Positions 27,608 through 37,292 of a stretch of 64,000 nucleotides of DNA are shown piece after piece. Numbering within the stretch: position 1 is the first letter of the stretch; each line of letters opens with the position of its first letter. This stretch comes from Algoriphagus sp. (GTDB lineage Bacteria; Bacteroidota; Bacteroidia; Cytophagales; Cyclobacteriaceae). The stretch spans positions 9,256-73,255 of the forward strand of contig JBKJKX010000047.1 in assembly GCA_046597285.1 (NCBI GenBank), in the 5' to 3' direction. The translations under genes and the position numbers were made by a program. The notes beneath the pieces were generated by a model that was not told where the DNA came from, searched no databases, and was given only the letters and a program-made list of their open reading frames with translations.

Positions 27608-28723
27608 TTAAAAAGGCCTTCCGTGTGTATTCCTAATGATTTGCTTCGCAAAAAAAGGGATATTCTTAATCAGCTTTCTGGTTAAAACCGAAGCACTCTT
27701 TGCTCCAAAAAGATTCTGCACAATTCTTCCTACTCGTAAGCGAGTTTGAAACTCCTTTCGCCAGGCATTTTCATAGATTGATTCAATTTCCCGGCGGCTT
27801 TTACCGACAATGATAGCTTCTGCTGCCATTTTCCCCGAATGAATTGCAATCGCCATCCCGTTTCCGCAAAGTGGTGTTATCAAACCTGCGGAATCGCCGG
27901 CCATAAGAATATGATCCTCAACAGGTTTTTTTGGCTCAAAATTAATTTCATTGATTACTTCAGGCTTTTGGAAGAGAAACTCACTTTCATTAAAAAGTTT
28001 CTTGAGTACAGGGTTCTTCCAGAGAATTTCCCGCTCCATCTCTTCCACCGAGCCAAATTTGCGAAGTTGATCCCTACTTCCCAGGTAGCAAAGATTATAC
28101 TTGCCTTCCTCGATAGAATTTATGCCGCAATAGCCTCCTTCAAAATTATGGAGCGCAACGACATCTCTGGCAAAATCAGTTTTGATATGATACTTTACTC
28201 CGATATAAGGACTTCGCTTTTGAATAAATGGCCGCCCCATTACCTTATCTAACCGGGATCTTTTTCCAAAAGCTCCGATTACCTGTCTGGCCGAAACATG
28301 TGATTGATCAGAAAGCTCTAATTGAAATTCATCCGCTTTTTGATCAAAAGAATAATCTACCACCTGTATGCCAGTTCGGAATTTAACTCCAAAACCCTGA
28401 GCCTGTCTGTATATAAAATCATCCAGAACATACCGGCTGATGCCAAACCCGCCAAGGTCAAGAGGGATTTTGACATCCCCTCCCTTGGTATCTGTGAATA
28501 AAAAAAAATTGATATCCGGAAGGTCAAAATCTCCGGGCAACAAGCCCTCTCTTTCCAGAAAATCGAGCGCTTCATTGGAAATATATTCTCCACAAACGCG
28601 GTGAAAAGGATATTGCTTTTTTTCAATCAAAAGAACTTCATGGCCATTTTTGGCTAGTAAACAGGCAGAAACTAGACCCGCTAGTCCACCCCCGATCACG
28701 ATCACATCTTGTTTAGGTTTCAA
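27608..28723 (-). CDS. NAD(P)/FAD-dependent oxidoreductase (geranylgeranyl-reductase / flavin monooxygenase fold)
   Basis: GGGLAG dinucleotide motif, HRVCGEYIS, AGDSAGLITPLCGNGMAIA. Confidence 0.9.
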   Translation of the reverse strand: MKPKQDVIVIGGGLAGLVSACLLAKNGHEVLLIEKKQYPFHRVCGEYISNEALDFLEREGLLPGDFDLPDINFFLFTDTKGGDVKIPLDLGGFGISRYVLDDFIYRQAQGFGVKFRTGIQVVDYSFDQKADEFQLELSDQSHVSARQVIGAFGKRSRLDKVMGRPFIQKRSPYIGVKYHIKTDFARDVVALHNFEGGYCGINSIEEGKYNLCYLGSRDQLRKFGSVEEMEREILWKNPVLKKLFNESEFLFQKPEVINEINFEPKKPVEDHILMAGDSAGLITPLCGNGMAIAIHSGKMAAEAIIVGKSRREIESIYENAWRKEFQTRLRVGRIVQNLFGAKSASVLTRKLIKNIPFFAKQIIRNTHGRPF

Positions 28724-28832
28724 TAGATTGCCTTTAATTCGGAGATTAAACCGTTTATCAAATATTAAGTTTACTTGGTGACTCTTCCCAGAAAATGAAA
28801 GTTTATTTAATTCTTAATCCAAACGATTTACG

Positions 28833-31367
28833 ATGAAATACACACAACCCAAATTATTAAAGAGATTTATGCTAGTTCTGGGAGTGCTGGGAGTTTTGCT
28901 ATTCGCTGAAGACTCTTTTGCGCAAAAGAAGAGGAAAAAAGACTCCAAAGATACACCTGCCACCGCAATAGCTCCCCCGGCGCGTCCGCAAAATGGTGCA
29001 GCTACAGCAGGCCCAAAACCTTTTAAAGAGGTAATAACAGCCAAAGCAAAGACGAAAGATGGACTATTCAAAGTTCACCAAATCGAAAACAAGTTTTACT
29101 ATGAAATTCCTGATTCTCTGCTTGGAAAAGATATGCTCATGGTGACGACTATTGCCAAAACCGCAGATGGAATTGGATACGGCGGAGAGCGTACAAATAC
29201 CCTTATGCTTAGATGGGAAAAAAAGAACGATGATATTCTGTTGAAAGTGGTATCGGTGAATAACTATGCCGCTGACTCACTTCCAATAGCGACAGCAGTA
29301 AAAAACTCTAATCTTGAGCCGATCCTTCAGAAATTTGACATTAAATCCCGAGGCACAGATTCTACTGGAATCGTTATTGAAGTGACAGATCTGTTCAATA
29401 AGGACGTTCAGGCTCTTGGTCTACAGCGTAACCGCCGGACAGAATTTAAAGTAAGCAGACTAGATACAGATCGTACTTACATCGAGCATATCCACACTTA
29501 CCCGATTAACATCGAGTCAAGATACGTATTGACCTATGCTGCTGCTGAGCCACCATCAAATAGCTCAACCGGACTGATTACATTGGAGATGAACTCTTCC
29601 ATGATACTTCTTCCTGAAGAGCCAATGATGCAAAGACTCTCTGACAAAAGAGTTGGCTGGTTTAGCCGATCCATTGTGGATTATGGTGCAGAAGCTCAGA
29701 AAGCCTCTACTCGAACTTTCCTGGATCGATGGAGACTTGAAGTGAAAGATGAGGATATCGAGAAATTCAAAAGAGGTGAATTAGTAGAGCCTAAGAAGCA
29801 AATTGTATATTATATCGATCCAGCAACTCCAAAACAATGGGTTCCTCACTTAATTGCCGGCGTAAATGACTGGCAAAAAGCTTTCGAAGAAGCTGGTTTC
29901 AAAAATGCAATCATCGCTAAAGAAGCACCAACACCAGAGGAGGATCCAACCTGGAGTCCTGAAGATGCTCGCTATTCTGTGATCAGATACTTCGCATCTG
30001 ACATTCAAAATGCTTACGGACCTCATGTTTCCGATCCAAGGTCAGGAGAGATTCTTGAATCGGATATCGGATGGTATCACAATGTGATGAACCTGCTTAG
30101 AAACTGGTTCTTCATCCAAACAGCCGCCATTAACCCTTCAGCGAGAAGTGTCCAGTTTAACGATGATGTCATGGGCAGACTGGTAAGATTTGTATCCTCC
30201 CACGAAGTAGGTCATACATTGGGTCTACCGCACAACTTCGGCTCCTCACATGCATATCCTGTAGATAAGCTTAGAGATCCGGTTTTTACTAAAGAAATGG
30301 GAACAGCTCCCTCTCTGATGGACTATGCAAGATTCAACTATATCGCACAGCCTGAAGATGTCGGAGTTAGTCTAATGCCGGAAGTTGGTCCTTATGATAA
30401 ATATGCAATCGCTTGGGGATATAGACCTATTTTGGATGCAAAGACTCCTGAAGCAGAACAAAAGACACTGAATGAATGGATATTAGCTAAAAAAGGTGAT
30501 CCGGTGTATCGATACGGTCGTCAGGGAAACAGCTATGATCCGACTACCCAAAGCGAAGATCTAGGAGACGATGCAATGAAAGCTTCTGACTATGGTATCA
30601 AAAACCTAAAGCGAATCATGCCAAACCTGATGGAGTGGACTGCTGAAAAAGACAAACCATTTAAAGGCTACGAAGATCTCTCTGAAATGTACGGTCAAGT
30701 AATCGGCCAATACAACAGATATATGGGCCATGTGAGAACAAACGTAGGTGGCGTGATGGAAATCTATAAGTCATCCGGACAAGAAGAAGCTATCTATACG
30801 CATACTTCAAAAGAAACCCAAAAATCAGCAATTGCTTTCCTGAATAAAGAATTGTTTGCCACTCCGACGTGGTTGACAGATGATGCCATCATTTCAAGAA
30901 TTGGAGACTTTGGTGCACTTGAAAGAATCCGAGGAGTTCAGGTCACAACGCTCAATGGAATTTTGGATTGGGGCAGACTTGGAAGAGTAATTGAAAATGA
31001 AGCGATAAATGGAAATGGGGCCTACAAAATCACCGGGCTATTTGATGATCTGAGAAAAGGTATCTGGACCGAATTGGCCTCAGGAAGAACAATAGATGTG
31101 CACAGAAGATCACTTCAGAGAGCGCATATAGAGCGATTGGAGTTGATGTTGACGGGAGAAGTAACGCCGCTTCCGGCTGCATTCAGAGGATTTGCAGGTC
31201 CCCAAATCGATGCTTCTCAGTCAGACATTAGACCGATAGCAAGAGGAGAATTCAAAACCCTTCAAAAAGAAATCAGAGCTGCAATTCCAAGAACTTCTGA
31301 TAGAATGTCAAAGCTTCACTTGGAAGATGCTTTGGAGAGAATCAACAAAATCCTTGATCCTCAGTAA
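28833..31367 (+). CDS. Secreted zinc-dependent metalloprotease (metzincin; DUF5118/DUF5117/DUF4953, EcxA-like)
   Basis: Signal peptide, DPRSGEIL, HEVGHTLGLPHN (HExxHxxGxxH), Met-turn SLMDY. Confidence 0.93.
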   Translation: MKYTQPKLLKRFMLVLGVLGVLLFAEDSFAQKKRKKDSKDTPATAIAPPARPQNGAATAGPKPFKEVITAKAKTKDGLFKVHQIENKFYYEIPDSLLGKDMLMVTTIAKTADGIGYGGERTNTLMLRWEKKNDDILLKVVSVNNYAADSLPIATAVKNSNLEPILQKFDIKSRGTDSTGIVIEVTDLFNKDVQALGLQRNRRTEFKVSRLDTDRTYIEHIHTYPINIESRYVLTYAAAEPPSNSSTGLITLEMNSSMILLPEEPMMQRLSDKRVGWFSRSIVDYGAEAQKASTRTFLDRWRLEVKDEDIEKFKRGELVEPKKQIVYYIDPATPKQWVPHLIAGVNDWQKAFEEAGFKNAIIAKEAPTPEEDPTWSPEDARYSVIRYFASDIQNAYGPHVSDPRSGEILESDIGWYHNVMNLLRNWFFIQTAAINPSARSVQFNDDVMGRLVRFVSSHEVGHTLGLPHNFGSSHAYPVDKLRDPVFTKEMGTAPSLMDYARFNYIAQPEDVGVSLMPEVGPYDKYAIAWGYRPILDAKTPEAEQKTLNEWILAKKGDPVYRYGRQGNSYDPTTQSEDLGDDAMKASDYGIKNLKRIMPNLMEWTAEKDKPFKGYEDLSEMYGQVIGQYNRYMGHVRTNVGGVMEIYKSSGQEEAIYTHTSKETQKSAIAFLNKELFATPTWLTDDAIISRIGDFGALERIRGVQVTTLNGILDWGRLGRVIENEAINGNGAYKITGLFDDLRKGIWTELASGRTIDVHRRSLQRAHIERLELMLTGEVTPLPAAFRGFAGPQIDASQSDIRPIARGEFKTLQKEIRAAIPRTSDRMSKLHLEDALERINKILDPQ

Positions 31368-31384
31368 AAATTAAACTCCCACTG

Positions 31385-31412
31385 AAGGGCGTCCTTTGGG
31401 CGCCCTTTTTTT
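31385..31412 (+). terminator. Terminator after the metalloprotease gene
   Basis: Stem AAGGGCGTCC/GGGCGCCCTT followed by a T7 tract. Confidence 0.85.
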
Positions 31413-31455
31413 GTGACCACATAATTTCCTTAATTTAGATCAACAATATCTAGCC

Positions 31456-31866
31456 ATGTTAACCCCTGATTCGATTCTTTTAAGCCACAAACTCCGAGTC
31501 ACGGATTGCAGAATGGAGATTATTCGCCAGTTTTTAGAGAAGCAAGTGGCTCTGGCCCATGCGGATTTGGAAGACAATCTGAATAATAAATTTGATCGGG
31601 TTACAATCTATCGCACGTTGAAGACTTTTTTGGACAAGGATCTTATTCACAAAGTGCTAGATGATAGCGGAGCTACGAAATATGCCCTTTGCTCACACGA
31701 GGATCATCACGATCATAGTCACGAGCATGTTCATTTCAAATGTGAAATCTGTGGAGAAACAACCTGCTTGGAATCAATCAGTCTTCCATCAATAAAATTG
31801 CCTGGTGGTTTCATTAAAAAAGAGATGAACTTACTCGTCCAGGGTATCTGCGAAAAATGTCATTAA
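31456..31866 (+). CDS. Fur family transcriptional regulator
   Basis: RVTDCR, DRVTIYRTL, His-rich HEDHHDHSHEHVHF, CEIC and CEKC. Confidence 0.93.
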   Translation: MLTPDSILLSHKLRVTDCRMEIIRQFLEKQVALAHADLEDNLNNKFDRVTIYRTLKTFLDKDLIHKVLDDSGATKYALCSHEDHHDHSHEHVHFKCEICGETTCLESISLPSIKLPGGFIKKEMNLLVQGICEKCH

Positions 31867-32099
31867 AACTCAACAGGGTCAGGTCTTTTACTTGTTTTGG
31901 GAACATCTGAAGGCCAAATTACCCCCGGAGGCAAATCAATTTTAGGTGGATTGATATTTTCAACTCCTCCATCTCCATCGTCCTCGCTGCTATTTCCACG
32001 CCTATAGGAGTTTTTTGTCATTGTAGCAACGAAGTAAATTAAAATCACATACGCCACCCCACACAAGATCAGATCAATTAATAAACTACTCATCAGCAA
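31863..32099 (-). CDS. Small single-TM hypothetical protein
   Basis: N-terminal TM, acidic DDGDGG, Pro-rich PPKIDLPPGVIWP. Confidence 0.7.
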   Translation of the reverse strand: MLMSSLLIDLILCGVAYVILIYFVATMTKNSYRRGNSSEDDGDGGVENINPPKIDLPPGVIWPSDVPKTSKRPDPVEF

Positions 32100-32243
32100 A
32101 ATTTTGATATAAGTTAAAGCAATAGACCTTTTAAATCAAAGACTTAGCTGAAATGTTTATTAAAAGAACTCTATTTTATGATTTTTTTCGGCTTGTTTAA
32201 TCCCAAGGATACTTGGATATTTGCGCTCTGAAATAGAAAAAGA

Positions 32244-32717
32244 ATGATTATCAAAACAAAAAAATATCAATTGCCGACCGGTACCTACATCAAAATGGGC
32301 TTGGTTAATATATTAAAAGAGCAATGGTGGGTTATTTTAATTGCTTTAGCCATTTGCTTGGGATTCTTCTGGATTGCTTCCATTTGGTGGTTTGTAGGAG
32401 CCATTATTGCGTATGGCCTTTATGTGTTATTCTGGGCAATCCAATTTACCGGAGTGACCCAAATGGAGCAGAATAAAGTGATTTTCGAAAAACTTTCCTA
32501 CGAGATCGATAGTCGCCAAATCCTGATGAAGCTCAATGTAAGAGAAGGCATGCCCGTTCAATGGAATATGATCAAGCGGGTAGAAATGAACAAAGACGCT
32601 TATGTTCTTTACATGTCCAAGGCGCAGTTCATTCATCTCCCTTTCCGGATTTTCAACTCGGATAACGAACGAAAATTCATGGAGACAATCCTGAAAAGAA
32701 AAGAGCTGATCAAATAA
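32244..32717 (+). CDS. YcxB-like membrane protein
   Basis: Two TM segments followed by a C-terminal domain QWNMIKRVE...YVLYMSKAQFIHLP. Confidence 0.75.
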   Translation: MIIKTKKYQLPTGTYIKMGLVNILKEQWWVILIALAICLGFFWIASIWWFVGAIIAYGLYVLFWAIQFTGVTQMEQNKVIFEKLSYEIDSRQILMKLNVREGMPVQWNMIKRVEMNKDAYVLYMSKAQFIHLPFRIFNSDNERKFMETILKRKELIK

Positions 32718-32719
32718 AA

Positions 32720-32755
32720 AAATAGCCCTCCGAATTGGTTTTCGGAGGGCTATTT
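32720..32755. terminator. Bidirectional terminator
   Basis: 15-bp stem AAATAGCCCTCCGAA/TTCGGAGGGCTATTT between convergent genes. Confidence 0.88.
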
Positions 32756-32766
32756 CATTTCACCTT

Positions 32767-35700
32767 TTATTGAAGCTGTTTGAGAATCAATTCAATTGCT
32801 TTATCCAGCTGATTTTGGTTTCCTTTCAACCGATCCACAAAGCCCTCATCCACTCTCACGTCAGGTGTGACTCCATCTTTTTCTAGATTTCTCCCATCTA
32901 AAGTATAGCACCCCCAAGCCGGAAGTCGATAGAATGATCCGTCAACCAAACCTGCACCAGTCGTGAAAATTATCCAACGGTAAGTTTCTGTACCTACAAT
33001 CGTCCCTAGCCCCAATTCTTTGAAACCCTGCGCTGTCATCTCAGCATCAGATAGTGATTGCTCATTGATCAGTAGGATGATTGGTCTGTCAGAAGGAGAA
33101 AAATTTGGTTGATTGGTAAGTTTTCCATCACGGTATTTCCACTGGAGATAGCTTTTTTGACTTAGAAAATTCAAAACCTGATCATGAACATTTCCTCCGG
33201 TGTTATATCTAAGGTCTACAATCAACCCTTCCCGGTTTCCCTTTTGGGAGACCATTTTTTGTAAAAAGTAATCAAGTTGCTCTCCTCCCATATTTTTCAT
33301 GTGGACATAAGAAATTCGGTCTGAGGATTTTTGGTCAACGTAGGCTTCATTTTGGTCCATCCATTCGTCGTAAAGGCTGGTTTTCATTTCATTATAAGAT
33401 GCCGGATGGGTCTTGAAAACGACTTCCTTTCCTGCTCTGGCAAATGTCAAAGTAAGCTCCTCTGCCATGGCAGGTGCCGAAAAATACAATTCCCTGTTTT
33501 GAGACTTATCTACCAAAACTCCATTAACAGCAATTAATTCGTCTCCCGGCAATACAGGCAAAGGATCCAAATCTGCTCTACTATTCTTGAGAATTCGGTG
33601 GACGCGGTAAGGATTTTCCTCATCAAAGACGATTCCGGCAGTCATGGTTTTGCTTCCGAAGTAAACGTCCTCTTCTTCCCCTGTTGATCTGAATCCGAAA
33701 TGGGAAGTATTTAACTCTCCTAGCATATCATTGAAAATAATCCGAAGGTCTTCACGACTATTCACATAGGGCAAAAACTCCGCATATCTTTCGCGATGGC
33801 CTTCCCAATCCTCTCCATGAAAATCTCCATCATAGAAATTCTGCTCCATTCCCGCCCAAGCTTCATAATACATCTGCTCAAACTCATCCTTCCTGTTTTT
33901 GGAGAAGTTTTGAGAAATCTTGATCTCCTCTATCTTATTTGTATTCGCATCAAGTGAATTGATTTTCCCTCCTGCCAAAAGAAAAAGTTTGTCTTTTACT
34001 GTTACTATTTCAAAATTGGAAATTGTTTGATCAGTTACTTTCTCAGTCTTTGGACTTTCAAAATCCTCCAGCGTGGTTTTCCAAAGGTTCGAATTTCCCT
34101 CACTATGGTCTGAGGTAAAATAGATCATTGTTTTCTTCTCCTTCTGGATTACATAAGGACTGCTTTGCTGGCCAAATCCCGGCCCGATTAGTTCGATTCG
34201 CTTCATCCGATCTCCAGATGCAATTTTCACCTGAGGCTTTGACTTTGTCGTATCTTTTTTCTCAAATAGGGCTTCCAGCTGATCAGATTCGAATACTTCT
34301 GAAAATTTATCCAATTTCATGCGATACAGATGGGAAGCCACAGTACCATAAGGATAGCTCGGCTTAGTCCGGTCACTTGTGAAATAAAGGTATTTACCAT
34401 CCGGGGACCAAAAAGGATTCGCTTCTGTGACGAGCGTCTCCGTCAAATTCATGCTCTTTTTCGTGGGGTGATGGTAAACAAAAATCTCTCTCTCAAAATT
34501 TCTGATCAGGCTGTAGACAATGTATTGATCATCCGGAGAGAAATAGGGATTTGAGTTATAGAAGCCCCAAAGTTCATCCTCGACTACGGTTTCACTCGCT
34601 AAAGTTTTCAGATCAATTATCCGGATTTGATTCCTTCCACTCAGATACACCCCTAGACTCCTTTCTTTATTGAGAGTCAATTGCCTGTTTCGCTGTTTGT
34701 CAGTGGTCAGTTGTTTTTCCAATTTTGGATTTTCCGCAGAGATCGTAAACCAATTGGGATAACCTCCTACAGTACGGGAATAAAGCAGGGTTTTGTTATC
34801 AGCCAGCCATTTTACTTCCACGACTGCCTCGTTAGGCTTGGTTGTAATTTGCTTCACATATTTGCCTTTGGCATCTGAAATGAAAAGTACTCCTCGAGAA
34901 ACAAAGGCGATTTTTTCTCCATCCGCCGAAATATCAAATCCACTCAGCTTTCCGCTGACATTGTGGGTGATTTCTTTCCCTAAAGTCTGATTTTGATAAA
35001 TCTGAATTTCAGGTTGGACAGTGGTGCCGGAAGCCACGTCGAAAACAAAAATCTGGTAATCTTTTCTAAAGACAACTTTTTCCCCGTTCGCACTCACTTT
35101 GGGCCACATGATGGAAGTGGGGAAATCAGTCAACTGGGTTTTAGTATTTCCCTTTAATGTGTAAAGATTATATTCTCCATTAGCCTCATCGGATTTGAAA
35201 TAAACCGCCCCATTCTGATCGATCGTGGCTCCAAAGTCCTTTCCTTCAAAATCTGTGTATTGTGTGAATTTCCCCGAAACAGGCTCATAAGATTGGATGT
35301 CCGGATTGTATTCACCTTTGTAGCGCTTTCGATGTGCGAAGTTTTTACTTTCCCAGGTATCGTTGAAAAAGATCTCCCCGGTTTTTGGATGGATCACTGT
35401 ATTATGGACTGTATTGAAATAATGGGGGAATAGCCTCTTGGGAGTACCACCGTTTATATTTACTACATAGCTGGATGAACTATTGTAGCGATCGGAAGTA
35501 AAGTAAATCTGGTCGCTTGCCCAGCTCCATGAATCTACTTCATCATCTCCCTCATGAAAAGTAAGTTGTTGAATATCTCCTCCATTTAAGGACATCAGGA
35601 AAATATCTTTATTCCCAAACTGCTCTCCTGAAAACGCGAGCCATTTTCCATCGGGAGATACGGCAGGCTTCGTTTCGATTCCTTCCATCCCCGTGAGTCG

Positions 35701-35874
35701 AAGAGCCTGACCACCCGAAGTAGCTACTTTCCAAAGGTCTCCTTCGTAACTGAAGATGATTTCTTTTGCATCTGGCGTCAAGGTGGGGTCCTGAATAAAA
35801 TAGGGACTGGTTGATTGAGCTTTTGCAGGAAACCCACAAAAGGCCAGTAGAATAATTAAAGTTATTTTGTTCAT
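32767..35874 (-). CDS. S41 family peptidase, tricorn protease-like
   Basis: Signal peptide, PD40/WD-like propeller repeats (PAVSPDGKWLAF), MLGELNTSH, DLRYNTGG, SLSDAEM, GVTPD. Confidence 0.93.
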   Translation of the reverse strand: MNKITLIILLAFCGFPAKAQSTSPYFIQDPTLTPDAKEIIFSYEGDLWKVATSGGQALRLTGMEGIETKPAVSPDGKWLAFSGEQFGNKDIFLMSLNGGDIQQLTFHEGDDEVDSWSWASDQIYFTSDRYNSSSSYVVNINGGTPKRLFPHYFNTVHNTVIHPKTGEIFFNDTWESKNFAHRKRYKGEYNPDIQSYEPVSGKFTQYTDFEGKDFGATIDQNGAVYFKSDEANGEYNLYTLKGNTKTQLTDFPTSIMWPKVSANGEKVVFRKDYQIFVFDVASGTTVQPEIQIYQNQTLGKEITHNVSGKLSGFDISADGEKIAFVSRGVLFISDAKGKYVKQITTKPNEAVVEVKWLADNKTLLYSRTVGGYPNWFTISAENPKLEKQLTTDKQRNRQLTLNKERSLGVYLSGRNQIRIIDLKTLASETVVEDELWGFYNSNPYFSPDDQYIVYSLIRNFEREIFVYHHPTKKSMNLTETLVTEANPFWSPDGKYLYFTSDRTKPSYPYGTVASHLYRMKLDKFSEVFESDQLEALFEKKDTTKSKPQVKIASGDRMKRIELIGPGFGQQSSPYVIQKEKKTMIYFTSDHSEGNSNLWKTTLEDFESPKTEKVTDQTISNFEIVTVKDKLFLLAGGKINSLDANTNKIEEIKISQNFSKNRKDEFEQMYYEAWAGMEQNFYDGDFHGEDWEGHRERYAEFLPYVNSREDLRIIFNDMLGELNTSHFGFRSTGEEEDVYFGSKTMTAGIVFDEENPYRVHRILKNSRADLDPLPVLPGDELIAVNGVLVDKSQNRELYFSAPAMAEELTLTFARAGKEVVFKTHPASYNEMKTSLYDEWMDQNEAYVDQKSSDRISYVHMKNMGGEQLDYFLQKMVSQKGNREGLIVDLRYNTGGNVHDQVLNFLSQKSYLQWKYRDGKLTNQPNFSPSDRPIILLINEQSLSDAEMTAQGFKELGLGTIVGTETYRWIIFTTGAGLVDGSFYRLPAWGCYTLDGRNLEKDGVTPDVRVDEGFVDRLKGNQNQLDKAIELILKQLQ

Positions 35875-35981
35875 GAAAAAGCAAGATTAGATGTTTTCAA
35901 GTGAAAAGTACCCCAAAAATCTCAATTAAGAAATTGAGATTCTTAAGGGGATAAAGAAGAATTTTTTCAAAGTATTTCAAC

Positions 35982-36016
35982 AAAAAAGCCCTCCCATTTA
36001 TAAATCGGAGGGCTTT
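35982..36016 (-). terminator. Terminator after the fasciclin gene
   Basis: Stem AAAGCCCTCC/GGAGGGCTTT with an A-tract on the left. Confidence 0.7.
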
Positions 36017-36035
36017 AAATTTTTTAAGACTTGAA

Positions 36036-36536
36036 TTACATTGGAGGCAAAATCACCGTGTCAATCACGTGAACTACTCCATTGCTAGCTTCGATATCAG
36101 CAGCAGTAACTGTAGCGTTGTTGATCATCGCTTTTCCATCTTTCAAAGTGACAGTAATGTTCTTTCCCTGTACAGTTGCAGCGGTCCGACCATTTTTCAA
36201 GTCTTTTGACATTATTTTGCCAGGGACTACATGGTAAGTTAAAACTGCAACGAGCTGAGCTTTATTCTCGGGCTTCAACAAATTTTCAACAGTTCCAGCA
36301 GGTAGTTTTGCAAACGCCTCATTTGTTGGAGCGAAAACAGTGAATGGTCCGTCACCTTTCAATACATCAACAAGATCACCAGCTTTAACTGCTGCAACGA
36401 GAGTTGACAAGAAATCTGTGGCAACTGCCAAATCCACGATGTCGGCTTCAACTTCGTGTACATTCTGATTTTTTGTAGTAAATGAAGATGCGAATATCAT
36501 CAACGCCAACATTACGATACTTCCTAATTTTTTCAT
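36036..36536 (-). CDS. Fasciclin (FAS1) domain protein, secreted
   Basis: MKKLGS start at 36536 (ORF to 36599), [33 protein letters not shown]. Confidence 0.95.
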   Translation of the reverse strand: MKKLGSIVMLALMIFASSFTTKNQNVHEVEADIVDLAVATDFLSTLVAAVKAGDLVDVLKGDGPFTVFAPTNEAFAKLPAGTVENLLKPENKAQLVAVLTYHVVPGKIMSKDLKNGRTAATVQGKNITVTLKDGKAMINNATVTAADIEASNGVVHVIDTVILPPM

Positions 36537-36720
36537 GATAGTAAATAGTTTTGGTTTGTGGATAAAGAACAGACTGGTTAAAGCTTTGTTTATGAGCAAT
36601 TTGTTAAGAAATAATAAAAGGATAAAAAAACTTAGAGACGGCAGACGTATCTTTTAGACGGGAAAAGATCGTCAATTTTCATGCTTATTGCCACTCAGAT
36701 AAAATCTGCATCTTTAGCGC

Positions 36721-37194
36721 ATGCAAATTCGACTGATAGCGATCGGAAAAACAGACAATCCGTCCATTCAAAAACTGACTGAAGAATATCTTCAGCGGTT
36801 GGGGCATTACATTCGATTTGAACTGGAGATTATCCCGGATCTCAAAAATACCAAATCACTCAGTATTCCGGCTCAAAAGGACAGAGAAGGTGAGTTGATT
36901 CTCAAAAAACTTCACTCATCTGACGATCTTATTTTACTCGATGAGAGAGGGAAGACGTTCAGTTCATTGGAGTACTCTGATTTCCTTCAGAAAAAGATGA
37001 ACTCCGGATTGAAACAGCTGATTTTCGTGATCGGAGGCCCTTACGGATTTTCTGATGCAGTTTATACCCGTGCAAATGGAAAAATATCTCTTTCCAAAAT
37101 GACTTTTTCGCACCAGATGATCCGCCCTTTTTTCGCAGAACAATTGTATAGAGCATTTACCATACTTGGCAATGAGCCCTACCATCATGAATAG
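36721..37194 (+). CDS. rlmH: 23S rRNA (pseudouridine1915-N3)-methyltransferase
   Basis: IAIGKT, LLDERG, FVIGGPYG, SLSKMTFSHQMIR, EQLYRAFTI...PYHHE. Confidence 0.97.
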   Translation: MQIRLIAIGKTDNPSIQKLTEEYLQRLGHYIRFELEIIPDLKNTKSLSIPAQKDREGELILKKLHSSDDLILLDERGKTFSSLEYSDFLQKKMNSGLKQLIFVIGGPYGFSDAVYTRANGKISLSKMTFSHQMIRPFFAEQLYRAFTILGNEPYHHE

Positions 37195-37238
37195 CCAACA
37201 TTACTCCCATGTTAAGTTTTTGGCTTTTTATTTGCTCA

Positions 37239-37256
37239 ATGTTATCAAATTGTTAA
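37239..37256 (+). promoter_or_regulatory. Candidate transcription-factor site ATGTTATCAAATTGTTAA
   Basis: TGTTA-N6-TGTTA, 17/18 identical to the reverse complement of 6939-6956, 37 bp upstream of the ATG at 37293. Confidence 0.45.
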
Positions 37257-37292
37257 TTTTATCCTATCTGAATAACACTGGATTCATGTGCG

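Noticed and set aside
27608-28723. Flavin-dependent halogenase (would pair with the IYD-like dehalogenase)
   Set aside because: No WxWxIP motif; the equivalent region reads GYCGINSIE, so a hydroxylase or reductase is more likely
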